Shown here: positions 23,276 through 37,214 of the stretch, one piece after another | How positions within the stretch are numbered: the first letter of the stretch is position 1 | Layout: each line of letters starts with the position of its first letter | NCBI GenBank assembly: GCA_951406725.2 | Contig: OX597817.1 | Coordinates: 106,826,001 to 106,890,000, forward strand | Length of the DNA: 64,000 bases | From: Octopus vulgaris | Taxonomy: Eukaryota | Reading direction: 5' to 3' | The notes under the pieces: model-generated | Told to the model about the DNA's origin: nothing | What the model saw: only the letters and a program-made list of their open reading frames with translations | Database searches by the model: none | Translations under genes and position numbers: made by a program

Positions 23276-26200
23276 CTGGTGGTAGTGGTTAGGGTGTTGC
23301 AGTCATAATTGCTAGATTGTAGATTCAATTCCCAGACTGCATTTTGTTCCTGAGAAAAACACTTCATTTCCCATTGCTCTGCTGGTGGGAGAGTGCCAAA
23401 ATTGTTGGCGTGTCGACAAAGATGCTTTATGGTATATCTTCCAGCTCTCTATATTGTGAGATCAAATCTCACTTGGCTGGAGAAGGCAATGGGAAACCAC
23501 TCCAGTATTCATCCCAAGTCTAGTCATGGTAGCTGAAGCTCCAATGGTCTACTTAAAGGTGGCAGGGGAGGGTATTGCCCCCATCACCACCACCACCAGG
23601 TCATATAGTGCTGGAGAAGGTTTACATGCATAGGGCTTTACTAGATATATATTACAGTCAAATATATCTTACAAGTTATAATGACATAACTTAGAAATCT
23701 AAAGATTGTTTTAAGAAAAATATCAAAGATAAAAAAGTTACAGTCATGTATAATTCACCAATTTTGAAGCATTTACTTATTCATTTCAGTATTTTGTGAA
23801 AGCCATGTAATTTTTATCACATTTCCCATTATCACTGGATTCATTTTTAATTCTGTCACTTTTCTCAAAGATTACCTGTGCATACAACACTCAAGACATT
23901 TTTTTCTGGTATTCCACTGTTTAAAAACAAAGGTGCACAACAGCAGCCCTCAACATTTTTACATTGCAGATTCACTTCATTCAAGACAATTTTTTCCACA
24001 GACTAGAGAATAATGTGCATAACAAAACACAAATTTGATATCAATAATTATATACATAATACATACATATTACATGTATAGCACGCATATAATGCAAAAA
24101 CATCCTGCAGACAGTGCTAGTTGATAAAATTTTTAAATTTATTCTTTGTGTGTGGTCCAGTACCAAATGACCCATGGTCCAGGTACATTATACATGAGTG
24201 CGTTTATGAATAAATAGGTATTATCATCACCAGATGGAACAAAAAACAAAATGTTAAGACTTTCAGACTAAATGGCATGATACTGTGTGTGTGTTAGTTT
24301 CAAACTTCTGCCCTTTGAGTTCAAATCCTACTTTGCTTTTCAGATTCAATAAAAAAGCACCTACTAATTTTTAAATTCGATTCAAATAACTCGACAATCA
24401 AACAACTCAACAAACTGCACTGGTATGTTCGTGTGTGTGTGTGTGTGTGTGTGTGCATGTGCATGTGTGTAGAGGACATAATAATCAAGAAAACAGAAAA
24501 GGTCAATGTGTTTCTAAATCCAAGTTATCAGTCTTATCACAGGAATATATTCTTTTTAAACAGGTGCACAAGTGTTCAAAATTATGCTTGAATGGCTATA
24601 TGGTTAAGAAGTTTACTCTGTAACCATTTGGGATGGACTGATAGCACAGATCTTGGGTACATGAGTTGTATCATAAACTTGGGTTGGTAAATGCCTTTTG
24701 AGTAACATTTGATACAGAGAAACTGTACAGAAACCCATCTCACATATATTATAAAAAGGTTGGATGTTCTGAGAAAACAGTCACATTTAAGTGGGGATAA
24801 ATATTACTGCTCATTATAAAACTACTTTTGACCAGCAGTTTAATTTTTGCTTAATGGCTTATTTAACCAATCTGTTTGTAGAAACCATTAGTCATACATG
24901 ATGTCCCATTCAAAACTAAATAAATTTGACTCTACTTTTAGTATTGGCATTCCACCTCACCAGTTAAAGTTGATTCAGCAGAATTTGAACTCAGAACGTA
25001 AAGACAAACGAAATGTCATTAAGCATCTTGTCCAACGTGCTAATGATTCTGCCAGCACGCCACCTTACACGTTCCACCAAAACATTGCCAAGCCCCACTG
25101 GTAGGACAAGTGCCTCACCTAGGGAACCCTTGCTGAACATAGTAGTTTGACTTGTTAGAAATAGCAGCCAAATCTTCAAATTTTTACTCTATCATCTTAA
25201 AAAAATACATTTGAGTCGTATGAGGTCATTCAACTGAATATCTGCATAACAAAGATCAGGACTGGGCTGGCCTGGGACAACTAAACAAAACATGAAGAAT
25301 GTTATACTGTTTTTTAGTATAGTCATGTTAGAGCCAACCTCACAATTGGATACTGGATAACTTTTCAAAACACTAAACCATTTAACATCCAATCAAGGTA
25401 AAATCAATCATTTGATTATACAAGCAAATAACATCAGTTCCAGCTTTCAATGAAAAAAAACACAAAAAAGAAAAAGAAAGGGAAAAAAAGCATGAAATGT
25501 AGCATTAAACAAAACATTTATTTGGTTTGATATGAATAAAGTGATTCTGGAATCTGTTTTCACAATGAGTAATCAGTACTTAATGTTTACCAACAACCTA
25601 CATTAAAAAGAATCGAAATGTGTTGCCATTGTTCTTGCCATTTCAATGAATTAAATAAAGATTATCGCAGTCACATTCCATTTATTTCTTGTATTATTGT
25701 TAATTCTTTGATAAAATTCATCTATAAAAATAATCTTAGCAGTAAGTAAAATTTGTAAAAGTGGTATGAATCTGAGTAAAATTGGGTAATCGAAAAATTT
25801 TCAAAAGATAAGTGAAACGATTGTTATGCCAACAATATATCAATAAAGAAATAGCATGAACTAGGTGTAAGATCAGTATTTAGTCCTGTTTTATTATAGA
25901 AACCATATATGTGAAACAATAATTTGAACCTCGGATAAAAATACCAGCAAGTGTTTAGTTGTCAGCCTGCCTTTCATACTTCTGGGATCAATCAAATAAA
26001 GTACCAGTCAAGCATTAAGATTGATGGAATCAATTGTACTCTTCCCACTAAATGTGAGGCCTTACATCCATTTTAGCATTCATCATTATAACTGACCAGC
26101 AGAATTTATATAATTAGAACCAAGAAGCAAGCAGCAAACCTATCTCTGTATCTTTTGCATCTTTTCAACCACTGGTATGTAATTCACACTAACCAACCAA

Positions 26201-26452
26201 TGAGGAAGCGCCTAATATGGTTGTTCGACTTGTTTGAAATAATAGGTAATTCTCCTGCAAAGCATAACCCACTATCTTAAAAGATGAAAATAATTCAGTA
26301 GATAATGATAGCTTTAGACACTATGTTTTAAAGGTCATGGATACATTACTTTTGATTAGACATCTTTTCAATAAGGGCTGACCTGGGGGCTAAAATCAAC
26401 AACAACTGCAGTTGAAACTAATTAACTCAAAGCATTAATTTATTTGTCCTCC

Positions 26453-28430
<1,978 letters not shown>

Positions 28431-29449
28431 ACAAGATAAGAAAATGGAGAAATACATCTAAATCAAATATCAATTATCAGATAATACTCAATCACATACT
28501 TTATTAAACCACCACATAAGAGACTGTAGGGTTAAATGGAACCCGGACATACATATGTGCCACTTTGGATCCTAATGTAAGCGATATTAATAATATTATG
28601 AATGATAATGATGGTAGCATTAATGGTATTGACAACGATAATGATGCTAACTTTAATGACACTTTTGAAATTAGTAGGAAGTAATATAATGTACTATTGA
28701 CTATGTATATTTGCATCTAGGTACTAATATGTGTATGTTTATTATCATAATATTAAGTTGAAAAACTGAAACATTGGATGTGGAACATATATATGTTTAC
28801 TAATTTATATTATTTATTTGCATTATTATGTATATATATATTTTTATATGTATAGGAGTGTGAGTATATGCACTCATATGTATATGTATATCTCCGAAGA
28901 GGCCTTATGATACTTTTGTAAATGTCTCATTTATATCCATATATTGACCTACCATAATAGGCTAATATTGGTAAGATGAGACATACTTATCTACATGGCC
29001 GAAACAGCTGTAAGATGTAATCTATACTTATATTTATATTTACTTATATTTATATTCTCTTTTTTATATATATTCTACTTATTATACAACATTACTCTTT
29101 TATGTACACTTTTTTATGTACATTTCTTTATGTACACTGATTTGTTCTGCTTTTTTATGTTTAACCCTACAGTCTCTTATGTGGTGGTTTAATAAAGTAT
29201 GTGATTGAGTATTATCTGATAATTGATATTTGATTTAGATGTATTTCTCCATTTTCTTATCTTGTATTAGTAATTTGTGGTAAATCATTTTACCTTTGCC
29301 CATATAATACAGTAAATGAATTGATTGCATCGCAATCCTTAACATTTATGTATTAACTTTGTTGGGTACTTCACTAGCAGTATATTGGATATATGTTATC
29401 CCATGGAGGGTTGCATTTACAACCCCTATCTCAATTTGTAACTATACCC
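28431..29449 (+). mobile_element. Penelope-like element (PLE) remnant with inverted partial pseudo-LTR, inserted in (TA)n
   Basis: About 106-bp apparently perfect inverted repeat 28431-28536 vs 29160-29265; internal hammerhead; short open frame ending ...DNDNDANFNDTFEISRK* near 28684; both ends abut TA repeats. Confidence 0.6.
28887..29019 (+). ncRNA. Type I hammerhead ribozyme motif (U4C core variant, long stem II insert)
   Basis: Stem I TATATCT(28887-93)/AGATGTA(29013-19); core CCGAAGA (28894-900); stem II GGCC(28901-04)/GGCC(28997-29000); GAAA (29001-04); palindromic stem III ACAGCTGT; predicted cleavage triplet GUA ending at 29012. Confidence 0.65.
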
Positions 29450-29499
<50 letters not shown>

Positions 29500-29739
29500 T
29501 GGTCTGCTCGCTTAGCCAGCGGGGTGGCGTCATTCGAAGGCTTAAACAATGCGAACGCATTGTGACCAGCGATGTGTAACAACATCTGATGGTCTGGTCG
29601 GTCACGTGATCACGTGATATATACATATATATATATATACATATATACACACACACACACCAAAATAAGTTTAAAACCAATTTTGACAGTTCTATTCCTT
29701 CATTAATATATTTTTAACAAAACTGTAAAAAATTATTTT

Positions 29740-30140
29740 ACTCTTTTACTTTTATTCTCTTTTACTTGTTTCAGTCATGTGACTGTGGCCATGCTGGAGC
29801 ACCGCCTCTAGTTGATCAAATCAATCCCGGGACTTATTCTTTGTAAGCCTAGTACTTATTTTATTGGTCTCTTTTTGCCGAACCGCTAAGTTACGGGGAC
29901 GTAAACACACCAGCATCGGTTGTCAAGCGATGTTGTGGGGACAAACACAGACACACAAACACGCACGTACACACATATATATATATATATATATATACGA
30001 GTTTCCGTCTACCAAATCCACTCACAAGGCTTTGGTCAGCCCGAGGCTATAGTAGAAGACACTTGCTCAAGGTGCCACGCAGTGGGACTGAACCCAGAAC
30101 CATGCGGTTGGTAAGCAAGCTACTTACCACACAGCCACTT
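29740..30140 (-). mobile_element. SINE family A, full-length CpG-rich (young) copy
   Basis: Complete head-to-tail match to the family with CpGs intact. Confidence 0.85.
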
Positions 30141-30204
30141 TTTTGCGCCTGTTTACAGTTTATATAGAATTTTTTTCTCTTTTGAATGATACAAGCATTA
30201 TATA

Positions 30205-30441
30205 TCTTATTTCTTTATTGCCCACAAGGGCCTAAACATAGAAGGGACAAACAAGGACAGACAAAGGGATTAAGTCGATTACATTGACTCCAGTGCGTAA
30301 CTGGTACTTAATTTATTGACTCCCAAAAGGATGAAAGGCAAAGTTGACCTCGGTGGAATTTGAACACAGAATGTAACAGCAGACGAAATACTGCTAAGCA
30401 TTTCGCTCGGCGTGCTAACGGTTCTGCCAGCTCGCTGCCTT
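30205..30441 (-). mobile_element. SINE family B (Nin/Deu-domain-like), young copy
   Basis: Family core GCCTTTCATCCTTT.GGGGTCGATAAATTAAGTACCAG resembles the Nin/DeuSINE domain. Other copies near 2950-3050, 4340-4560, 9860-10070, 16295-16500, 21020-21170, 24960-25065, 25940-26080, 62800-62885. Confidence 0.8.
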
Positions 30442-30524
30442 ATATATATCTTTCTACAACTTGAATAATTTTAATGTGCAATTAATTCAGATGATTAAAA
30501 ATTGGCAGCAATTGTCACCAGTAG

Positions 30525-32385
30525 GGGTAGAAGCTTTCTGAACTTTGCCCAGGCTATTCTTATTCTAGTGGTAACACTCTCTGAGCAACCACCCCCACTA
30601 CAGACTTGGTCACCTAGGTAGTGGAAGCTATCAACTAATTTTAGTTTCTCTCCCTGGCATGTGATGGAGTCTGTTTTCTGAGCATCTGTGGTGTTTATTG
30701 CCCCTGTGCATCTGCTGCACGTGAAAGCTATCTTCCCAGTTAATCTTCCACTGATGTTGCTGCACCTCTTATGTGTCCATAGCTTTCATTGGGTACATCT
30801 TATGGAGTTTCTACCTACACCTTTTCTACAGATTGAACAGGGCCACCTACCTGAAGGGGTGTGTGACGTGTTTGCCTTCCTACTTACTAGAACTTTGGTT
30901 TTTGCAACATTGACTCTTCAATTCTGAACCTTGCTTCCCCAAACTTGAAGTTTCTTCTCTAGTTCTGGTAGTGATTCTGCTATGAGGGCTAGATCATCAG
31001 CATAGAGTAGTTCCCAGGGGCAACCTGTCCTCAATTCCTTTGTTATTGCCAGGAGGACTATGATGAATAAGAGGGGGCTGAGGGCTGATCCTTGGTGGAC
31101 CCCTACTTCTACCCAGAATTCTTCACTATACTCATTTCCAATCCTAACCCTACTGACGGCATCTCTGTATAGGGCCTGTCCATCCCTTAACCATTCGTCA
31201 GTCCCCAGTTTTCTCTTTGCACACCAGATAAGGGATCGGGGAACCCTGTCAAAGGCTCTCTTCAAGTCAACAAAAGCCAAGTGTAGGGGTTTATCTTTGC
31301 CTAGGTATTTCTCCTGCAGTTGCCGTACCAGGAATATAGCATTAGTGGTGCTTCTACCTGATACTAAACCAAACTGCATCTCATCTAAGCAGACTCTCTC
31401 CCTAATTAGTTGGGCTATGACCCTCTCTGTGACCTTCAACACATGATCTAGCAGTTTGATACCCCTGTAGTTATTTCTATTTAAAGCATCACCTTTACCT
31501 TTGTAGCAGTTGACTATGGTGCTGCTACTCCAGTCATTGGGTATGACTCCATCATGAACTACCTAGTTTATAATACAGATGACTAGGCCATAGCCCACAC
31601 CACTAGATATTTTAAGCATCTCAGCAGTGATTCCTGATGGGCCGGGGGCTTTTCCTGGCTTCATATCCTTAATTGCTTTATCTACAAGGGTGCTAGCTAT
31701 TCGGATAGCTGGTTCCTCTACTGGATCAACATTTGGCAGGCTCTCCTCCTCCCACTCATTCTCCACGTTCAACAGTCTTTCATAATGGCTCCTCCAAGCC
31801 TCTTTCTTTTCCGAATCATTAAAAATAAGTGCACCATCATCCATGCAGACACATTTCTCTCCTGTGACATCACAATTTTCTCTCACATACTGTCTTGCAA
31901 TCCGGAATACTTCAGTTCTTTGGTCCTCACGTTGCTGGACATTGGCAAACTTCTTCTTTTCTGCTTCGCTGTTGGCTACATATACGTGTCACCCAGCTTC
32001 CCTTTTGGCTATCTGGTACGGTTCCCTGCTACCCCCACCCTTCCAGGCTTTCCAGGCCTGTTTCTTTGCTCTGATGGCTTTGTCTACTGTATTATTCCAC
32101 CACCACCCTACTCTAGGTCTGGAAGGGACTTTGCACCATCCACTGACTTGGCCTGTGGCACTCAGTAAGCTATCCCATAAGAATTTCTAGCTACCTTCTT
32201 TATCCAAGGACTGTAGATCCTCCTCCTTCTCATCAAATTTCTTGATGAGGATGTCCCTAAATCACTGACCACGTGAAGGGTTCTCTAGCTTCTAAATCCT
32301 TCTCTTCTGGATTGGTCTGTTTGTAGGCATCCTCCTGGTCTCGAGTCGGAAGTCACTAATGACTAGTCTATACTGGGGGGTGCAT
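30525..32385 (-). mobile_element. RTE LINE ORF2 segment (linker + reverse transcriptase + Cys-rich insert), disrupted
   Basis: GKAPGPSGITAEMLK, QFG...GRSTTNAIF, AFVDLKRAFDRVPR, GVHQGSALSPLLF, LLYADDL (YADD at 30993-31004); frameshifts present. Confidence 0.93.
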
Positions 32386-32639
32386 TCATATAACACCTAT
32401 ATCATTTGAAAGAGAAAAAAATTCTACATAAACTGTAAAAAGTAAAATAATTTTATACAGTTTTGTTAAAAATATATTGATGAAGGAATAGAACTGTCAA
32501 AGTTGATTTTAAACTTATTTTGGCCAGTGTATATATGTATATAAGTAAATGTAGGGAAAAGCAAGTTAGACAGATCAATATATAAAGTATATTAAATTAC
32601 ATGAAATATAAAAAAATGTATATATGTTTGCATACAAAA

Positions 32640-33200
32640 AGGTCTGACATTCCCTTTCTCATTATCTCAACCATCAATTATATACCCTTCATACAAACTA
32701 GCACAATAGACTACTATTCACATACTACTGACAAACCCGCTTTCTTCTACCTTTCACCTCTACAACTATAACTCCCTACTAGCCTCCTTATTAATCCCTC
32801 ACTCTTGAAATTTATTTTTCTCCTCCAACTATTTTCTATCTGAATCCCTCCCCAATTTCCCTCTTCTAATACACTTCATCATTCCATCTTTGAACTTCTT
32901 TCCTTTGACACCTCAACTGTAAGATCTCTTCCCTGAAGATGGAGGCTCATCTCATCCTATGATGGAATCAATCTACAAACATTATTTTGGATCACTGAGC
33001 CCCCAGAAACAGCTGTTGGATTAGTAATACTTTTCTTCAACCCCTTTAATTCTCTATATCATTTGTATTCTGTGTAAGACATTTTTGTATGTAAACATAT
33101 ATACATTTTTTTTTGTATTTCATGTATATAATATACTTTTATTCTGATCTAATTTGCTTTTCCCTACATTTACTTCTATACTTGCTCAAGTTTAAATCTC
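32640..33200 (+). mobile_element. PLE-like 3' / pseudo-LTR remnant
   Basis: C/T-rich tract followed by a hammerhead with the same stem III as the 28.9-kb copy, then a T-rich tail; boundaries approximate. Confidence 0.45.
32929..33020 (+). ncRNA. Type I hammerhead ribozyme motif (canonical core)
   Basis: CTGAAGA (32933-39); stem II TGGAGGCTCA/TGAGCCCCCA (one mismatch); GAAA (33006-09); palindromic ACAGCTGT stem III; GUU triplet ending at 33017; short stem I TCC/GGA. Confidence 0.65.
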
Positions 33201-33669
33201 AAGCACAACTAAGTTATTCTATACAGAGAATATCTGATTATCATCTATGAACTATATAGTTAATATGTCTAGGTTATTTCAGTAAATAAAAACATCCACC
33301 TTAGTGTCTGAAGGTGGTGTTTCATGGCTGGATTCTCTTAAATGGTAGCTCTCTTGATGCATGATGTTATTCTTATTTTCCACTAGGCTGGCCACAACAG
33401 TTAGATTCATATACTTATTTTGAAGAATGCAATGTATAATATTGCAAATGTTAGATTCCAATTCATGACCCAAAAGCTCACTCTTATTCTTAATTACTTC
33501 TTGAAAAATTGACGACACAACAATAAAGGTATTTTTAGAATTTTCCTTTCATAAATTATCTGATGATTTACTTGCAATTTCACCCTTTACCACACAAAAT
33601 ATGATGTAATCTGTATGTTTTGTTCCACCACTATCTAAGCTTACTTGATGTACCAAACAGCTCTTCATG

Positions 33670-33748
33670 CATCGCATCTTTACTAAACCTTATATCGAAC
33701 ATTACATTCATCGCATCATACTAAACCTTATATCAAACATTACATTCA
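33670..33748. repeat. 38-39 bp tandem duplication
   Basis: CATCGCATC..TACTAAACCTTATATC.AACATTACATT occurs twice in succession. Confidence 0.9.
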
Positions 33749-34226
33749 ACCATTTCTCCTGAAACTGTAAGTCTCTTTTCTTATGCTCTTAGTGTTGTTG
33801 TATAATCCCTGCTCATACCAAGGCTTTTCAGCTATGACCAATCCAACCATTTTGTTTTGTTTTTTTTTTAGAATATTTAGAACAATATTATCTAATGTAT
33901 CCTCCCTTCTTCAAAATAATAAAATTTAGTTTCAGAGAGATTTGACTGTGTTTCTAGCAGGTCAAGTGACCACATAAAAGCTTTCTTTACGTTTTTCAAA
34001 CAGATATTAACTTAGAAAGGTTCAAATATTGAGCACATCACTCTATGACAACTTGTAGCAGTCAGCATGAATATTGTCCATACATCTCTAAATAAATAGA
34101 ATAATATAAACTAAAGACTGTAACAAAGCCTGAACCCATTAGCATGTGAATTACTAATACTTTACATTAATCTTATTTTTAAAATATACATTATATAAAA
34201 AAGAATACCATTTTAAAGTTGCTTTT

Positions 34227-34261
<35 letters not shown>

Positions 34262-34592
34262 ATTTTTATGGTTTAATAAGTAATTAAAATAAACAGATAC
34301 CAGTTTTCATATTTACACAGCAATAACTAATGTACATTCAGGCGTATAAATTTCCCACTAAACAAAGACATGAGAAAGAAATGAATAGTGTCATTGAGTA
34401 AAAGGTAAAAAGTACTTGTATATAAGTACTTTTTAACTCATCTCCTATAGTCATAATGGGGAAAGGACTTTCATGTTGTACACAATGATGTTAGAAGTCG
34501 TTCTAATAACATAAAGTAAATGATAAAAAGAAGAGTGGAGGCTTGAGAATTGCTCAAAATATAAAGGTATATATATATATATATATATATAG

Positions 34593-34792
34593 TTAATCCA
34601 AGCATGAAAACACAAAGAGAAAACACAACGTGAGGACGTGGAACAAGTATAGTATTATTGGACGCTCAGGAAAGAAGGAGGGTTTAACATTTCGAGCGGA
34701 GCTCTTCGTCAGAACATAAGAAAAGGAAAGATCCAAAGAAGGGAAGACGGAGGAAAAAAATCGCCAACGGTACACACACGGTCACATTTTGA
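34593..34792 (-). mobile_element. Short hammerhead-bearing repeat (PLE pseudo-LTR-like) between (TA)n tracts
   Basis: Flanked by TA runs on both sides; a diverged, truncated relative at about 58230-58320 shares the AATCCAA...AGGAC.TGG.ACAAGTA..GTATTAT..GAC.CTCAGGAAAGAA pattern. Confidence 0.55.
34682..34715 (-). ncRNA. Minimal type I hammerhead ribozyme motif
   Basis: Minus strand reads GTT-CTGACGA-A-GAGC-TCC-GCTC-GAAA-TG-TTA-AAC: stem I GTT/AAC, canonical core, 4-bp stem II, near-absent stem III (AATGTT, one transition from the palindrome AACGTT). Confidence 0.6.
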
Positions 34793-34824
34793 ATGTATAT
34801 GTATATATATATATATATATATAT

Positions 34825-35119
34825 TACGTGATCACGTGACCGACCAGACTATCAGATGTTGTTACACATCACTGGTCACAATGCGTTTGCATTGTTTTAG
34901 CCTTTGAATGACGCCACCCCGCTGGCTAAGCGAACAGGCCAACAGAAGAAAGAGTGAGAGAAAGTTGTGGTGAAAGAGTACAGCAGGGATCACCACCCCC
35001 TGCCAGAGCCTCGTGGAGCTTTTAGGTGTTTTTGCTCAATAAACAGTCACAACGCCCGGTCTGGGAATCGAAACCGCGATCCTACGACCGCTGCCCTAAC
35101 CACTGGGCCATTGCGCCTC

Positions 35120-35120
<1 letters not shown>
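34825..35120 (-). mobile_element. tRNA-derived SINE inserted in (TA)n/(CA)n, young
   Basis: Head GGAGGCGCAATGGCCCAGTGGTTAGGGC ... GGTTTCGATTCC; its 3' part recurs in plus orientation at 29500-29617, also within (TA)n. Confidence 0.8.
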
Positions 35121-35200
<80 letters not shown>

Positions 35201-35486
35201 TCTTATTATCATCTTATAATAATGATAATAATGACTTTTATTACTACCTCAGTCCATCTAAATGTATATATTTGTCGTTACCTGTCATAAAAAGCCTTTT
35301 TTTATTTGCAATGTGCATTTTCGTTGATTTTTCGTATTTTACCCTTACATTTCCACGTGTATTTTATATTTTCTTTTCATATTTTTATATATATATATTT
35401 CTATATATATATATATACACACACACATATATATATAAGTGCTAATAGATGAAACTCTCAGCCCTTGAGTCACTCTGCAACTCCTG

Positions 35487-35552
<66 letters not shown>

Positions 35553-35996
35553 AATGTTTTGAATTCTATTTTCTTGTTTGTATCATCAAACATAAGACAG
35601 AAAGATAGGTAGATAAAGATTTCCTCAAATTAAAAATTATTAATTATATGAAAACAATCTTTAAACAAAAATTATGAACCACCTAGAAGGAAGTTTATTT
35701 AGTTAAACACCACTACCTGATCCTTGGGTAGCTTCAGTTGAACATTTGGGTCAGGTCACCAGTCTGAGGGTAACATGTATCAGCTGTAGACAAAGAGGAA
35801 AGGGTGCTACTTCAGCATGCAGTCTATGAAATGATTTGATCAGGTTTAGGGTTAGAGTTAGGGTTAGACTGCTGCAAACAGTGGAAGAATGTTAAAACTT
35901 AGTGCACATGCACAACAGAGGTCAAGGTCAATTTTTGCCAAATTTGGATGGATGCATACATGCATAATTACATACATACATATATATATATATATA

Positions 35997-36480
35997 TACA
36001 GGGTGGTGCAAAAGCAGGCATAGTTGTATACATTTTGTAATTTAAAAAACATTGTACAACGTTAGTACCATAAATGCTCAAAATGTCCACCCTGAACATT
36101 GACACATTTTTTGAGTTTATCAGCCACACTGCAAAACACATGACACAGGTCCAGGTCAGTGTTCATTTCCAGGCAGGCCTCTGTAATGAACCTATGTAGT
36201 AGAGGCAGAGTGCATGGCTTTCTCCGGAATACCTTCTCTTTCACAATACCCCAGAAAAAAAATCCATTGGTGTTAGGTCTGGGGAATGGGGCAGCCATTC
36301 AATACTCCCATGTCGTCCAATCCACCTCCTTGGGAATGTTTCACTGAGGAAATTATGCACATGAATTGCATAATATGGTGGTGCCCCATCCTGTTGGAAT
36401 AACACATCGCCAAAATAGGGCATAGCCTGGATTGCAGGCACCAGCTCCTTGTGCAAAATTTCAAGGTAGTTGTCACAATT
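35997..36480 (-). mobile_element. Tc1/mariner-superfamily transposase 3' half with right TIR
   Basis: FQQDGAPP, FPRRWIGR, WLPHSPDLTPMDFF, VKEKVF, GGHFEHL; terminus TA-CAGGGTG at about 35997. Confidence 0.85.
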
Positions 36481-36644
36481 GTTAGCCTACATTTGCAAAG
36501 CAAAAGAGACCGATAGAATAAGTACTGGGCTTACAAAGAATAAGTCCCGGGGTCGATTTGCTTGACTAAAGGCGGTGCTCCAGCATGGCCGCAGTCAAAT
36601 GACTGAAACAAGTAAAAGAGTAACTGTTAGCCTACTTTTGCAAA
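36481..36644 (+). mobile_element. 5'-truncated family A SINE with about 19-bp target-site duplication
   Basis: GTTAGCCTAC(A/T)TTTGCAAA at 36481-36499 and 36626-36644 flanks the SINE 3' end. Confidence 0.8.
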
Positions 36645-36673
36645 CCCCGCCCCTCTCTCTCTTCATATATACA

Positions 36674-36727
<54 letters not shown>

Positions 36728-37214
36728 TACATGCATAAATACATATCTAAATATATAAGATAATTAATCAATTAATCAATTAATCAATTAATGAAGGATT
36801 CACTTCAACCAATCAAATCACAACCTACTATCTTAAACGATAATAAAGAAAAACTTATAGGAGTTTGTAGTCTACAATATAAAAAATATCTGTGATAGTC
36901 ACAGCTGGAGCAACTTTGATAATAGGGCTCCTCAATAAGAGTTAACTGAGTGCGAAGCAACTACAACTGACTTGTTTAAAGATTCCTCTTAGGACCTTAG
37001 GTATTTTTAATTTAACAGTAAGGTTCAAAAGCTCAAGGAAAATAATTTCACTAAAGTCTTGAACGACCCTTCATCATCATCATGATCATCATTTAATATC
37101 CATTTTCCATGTTGGCATGGGTTGGACAGTTTGACAAGGGGCTGGCCAGCTGGAGAACTGCCTGGGTTCCACGTCTAATTTGGCATGGTTTCAACAGCTG
37201 GATGCCCTTCCTTA

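Noticed and set aside
23876-24002. Candidate minus-strand exon (SVEKIVLNEV...VVCT, donor CAG|GTAATC); similar candidates at 46464-46582 and 51343-51416
   Set aside because: Splice-like boundaries occur by chance in AT-rich DNA; no homology and no consistent phase chain linking them.
33279-33560. Unique-looking minus-strand ORF (SSIFQEVIKNKSELLGHELES...)
   Set aside because: No recognisable domain and weak splice signals; cannot be told from a chance ORF without RNA data.
35050-35120. tRNA gene
   Set aside because: tRNA-like A/B boxes are the head of a SINE and continue into SINE body; the same applies to heads near 540, 23280, 47440, 49445 and 49790.
35843-35867. Telomere or chromosome-fusion scar
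   Set aside because: Only about four degenerate TTAGGG units, embedded in a dispersed repeat also seen at 40.8-41.0 kb.
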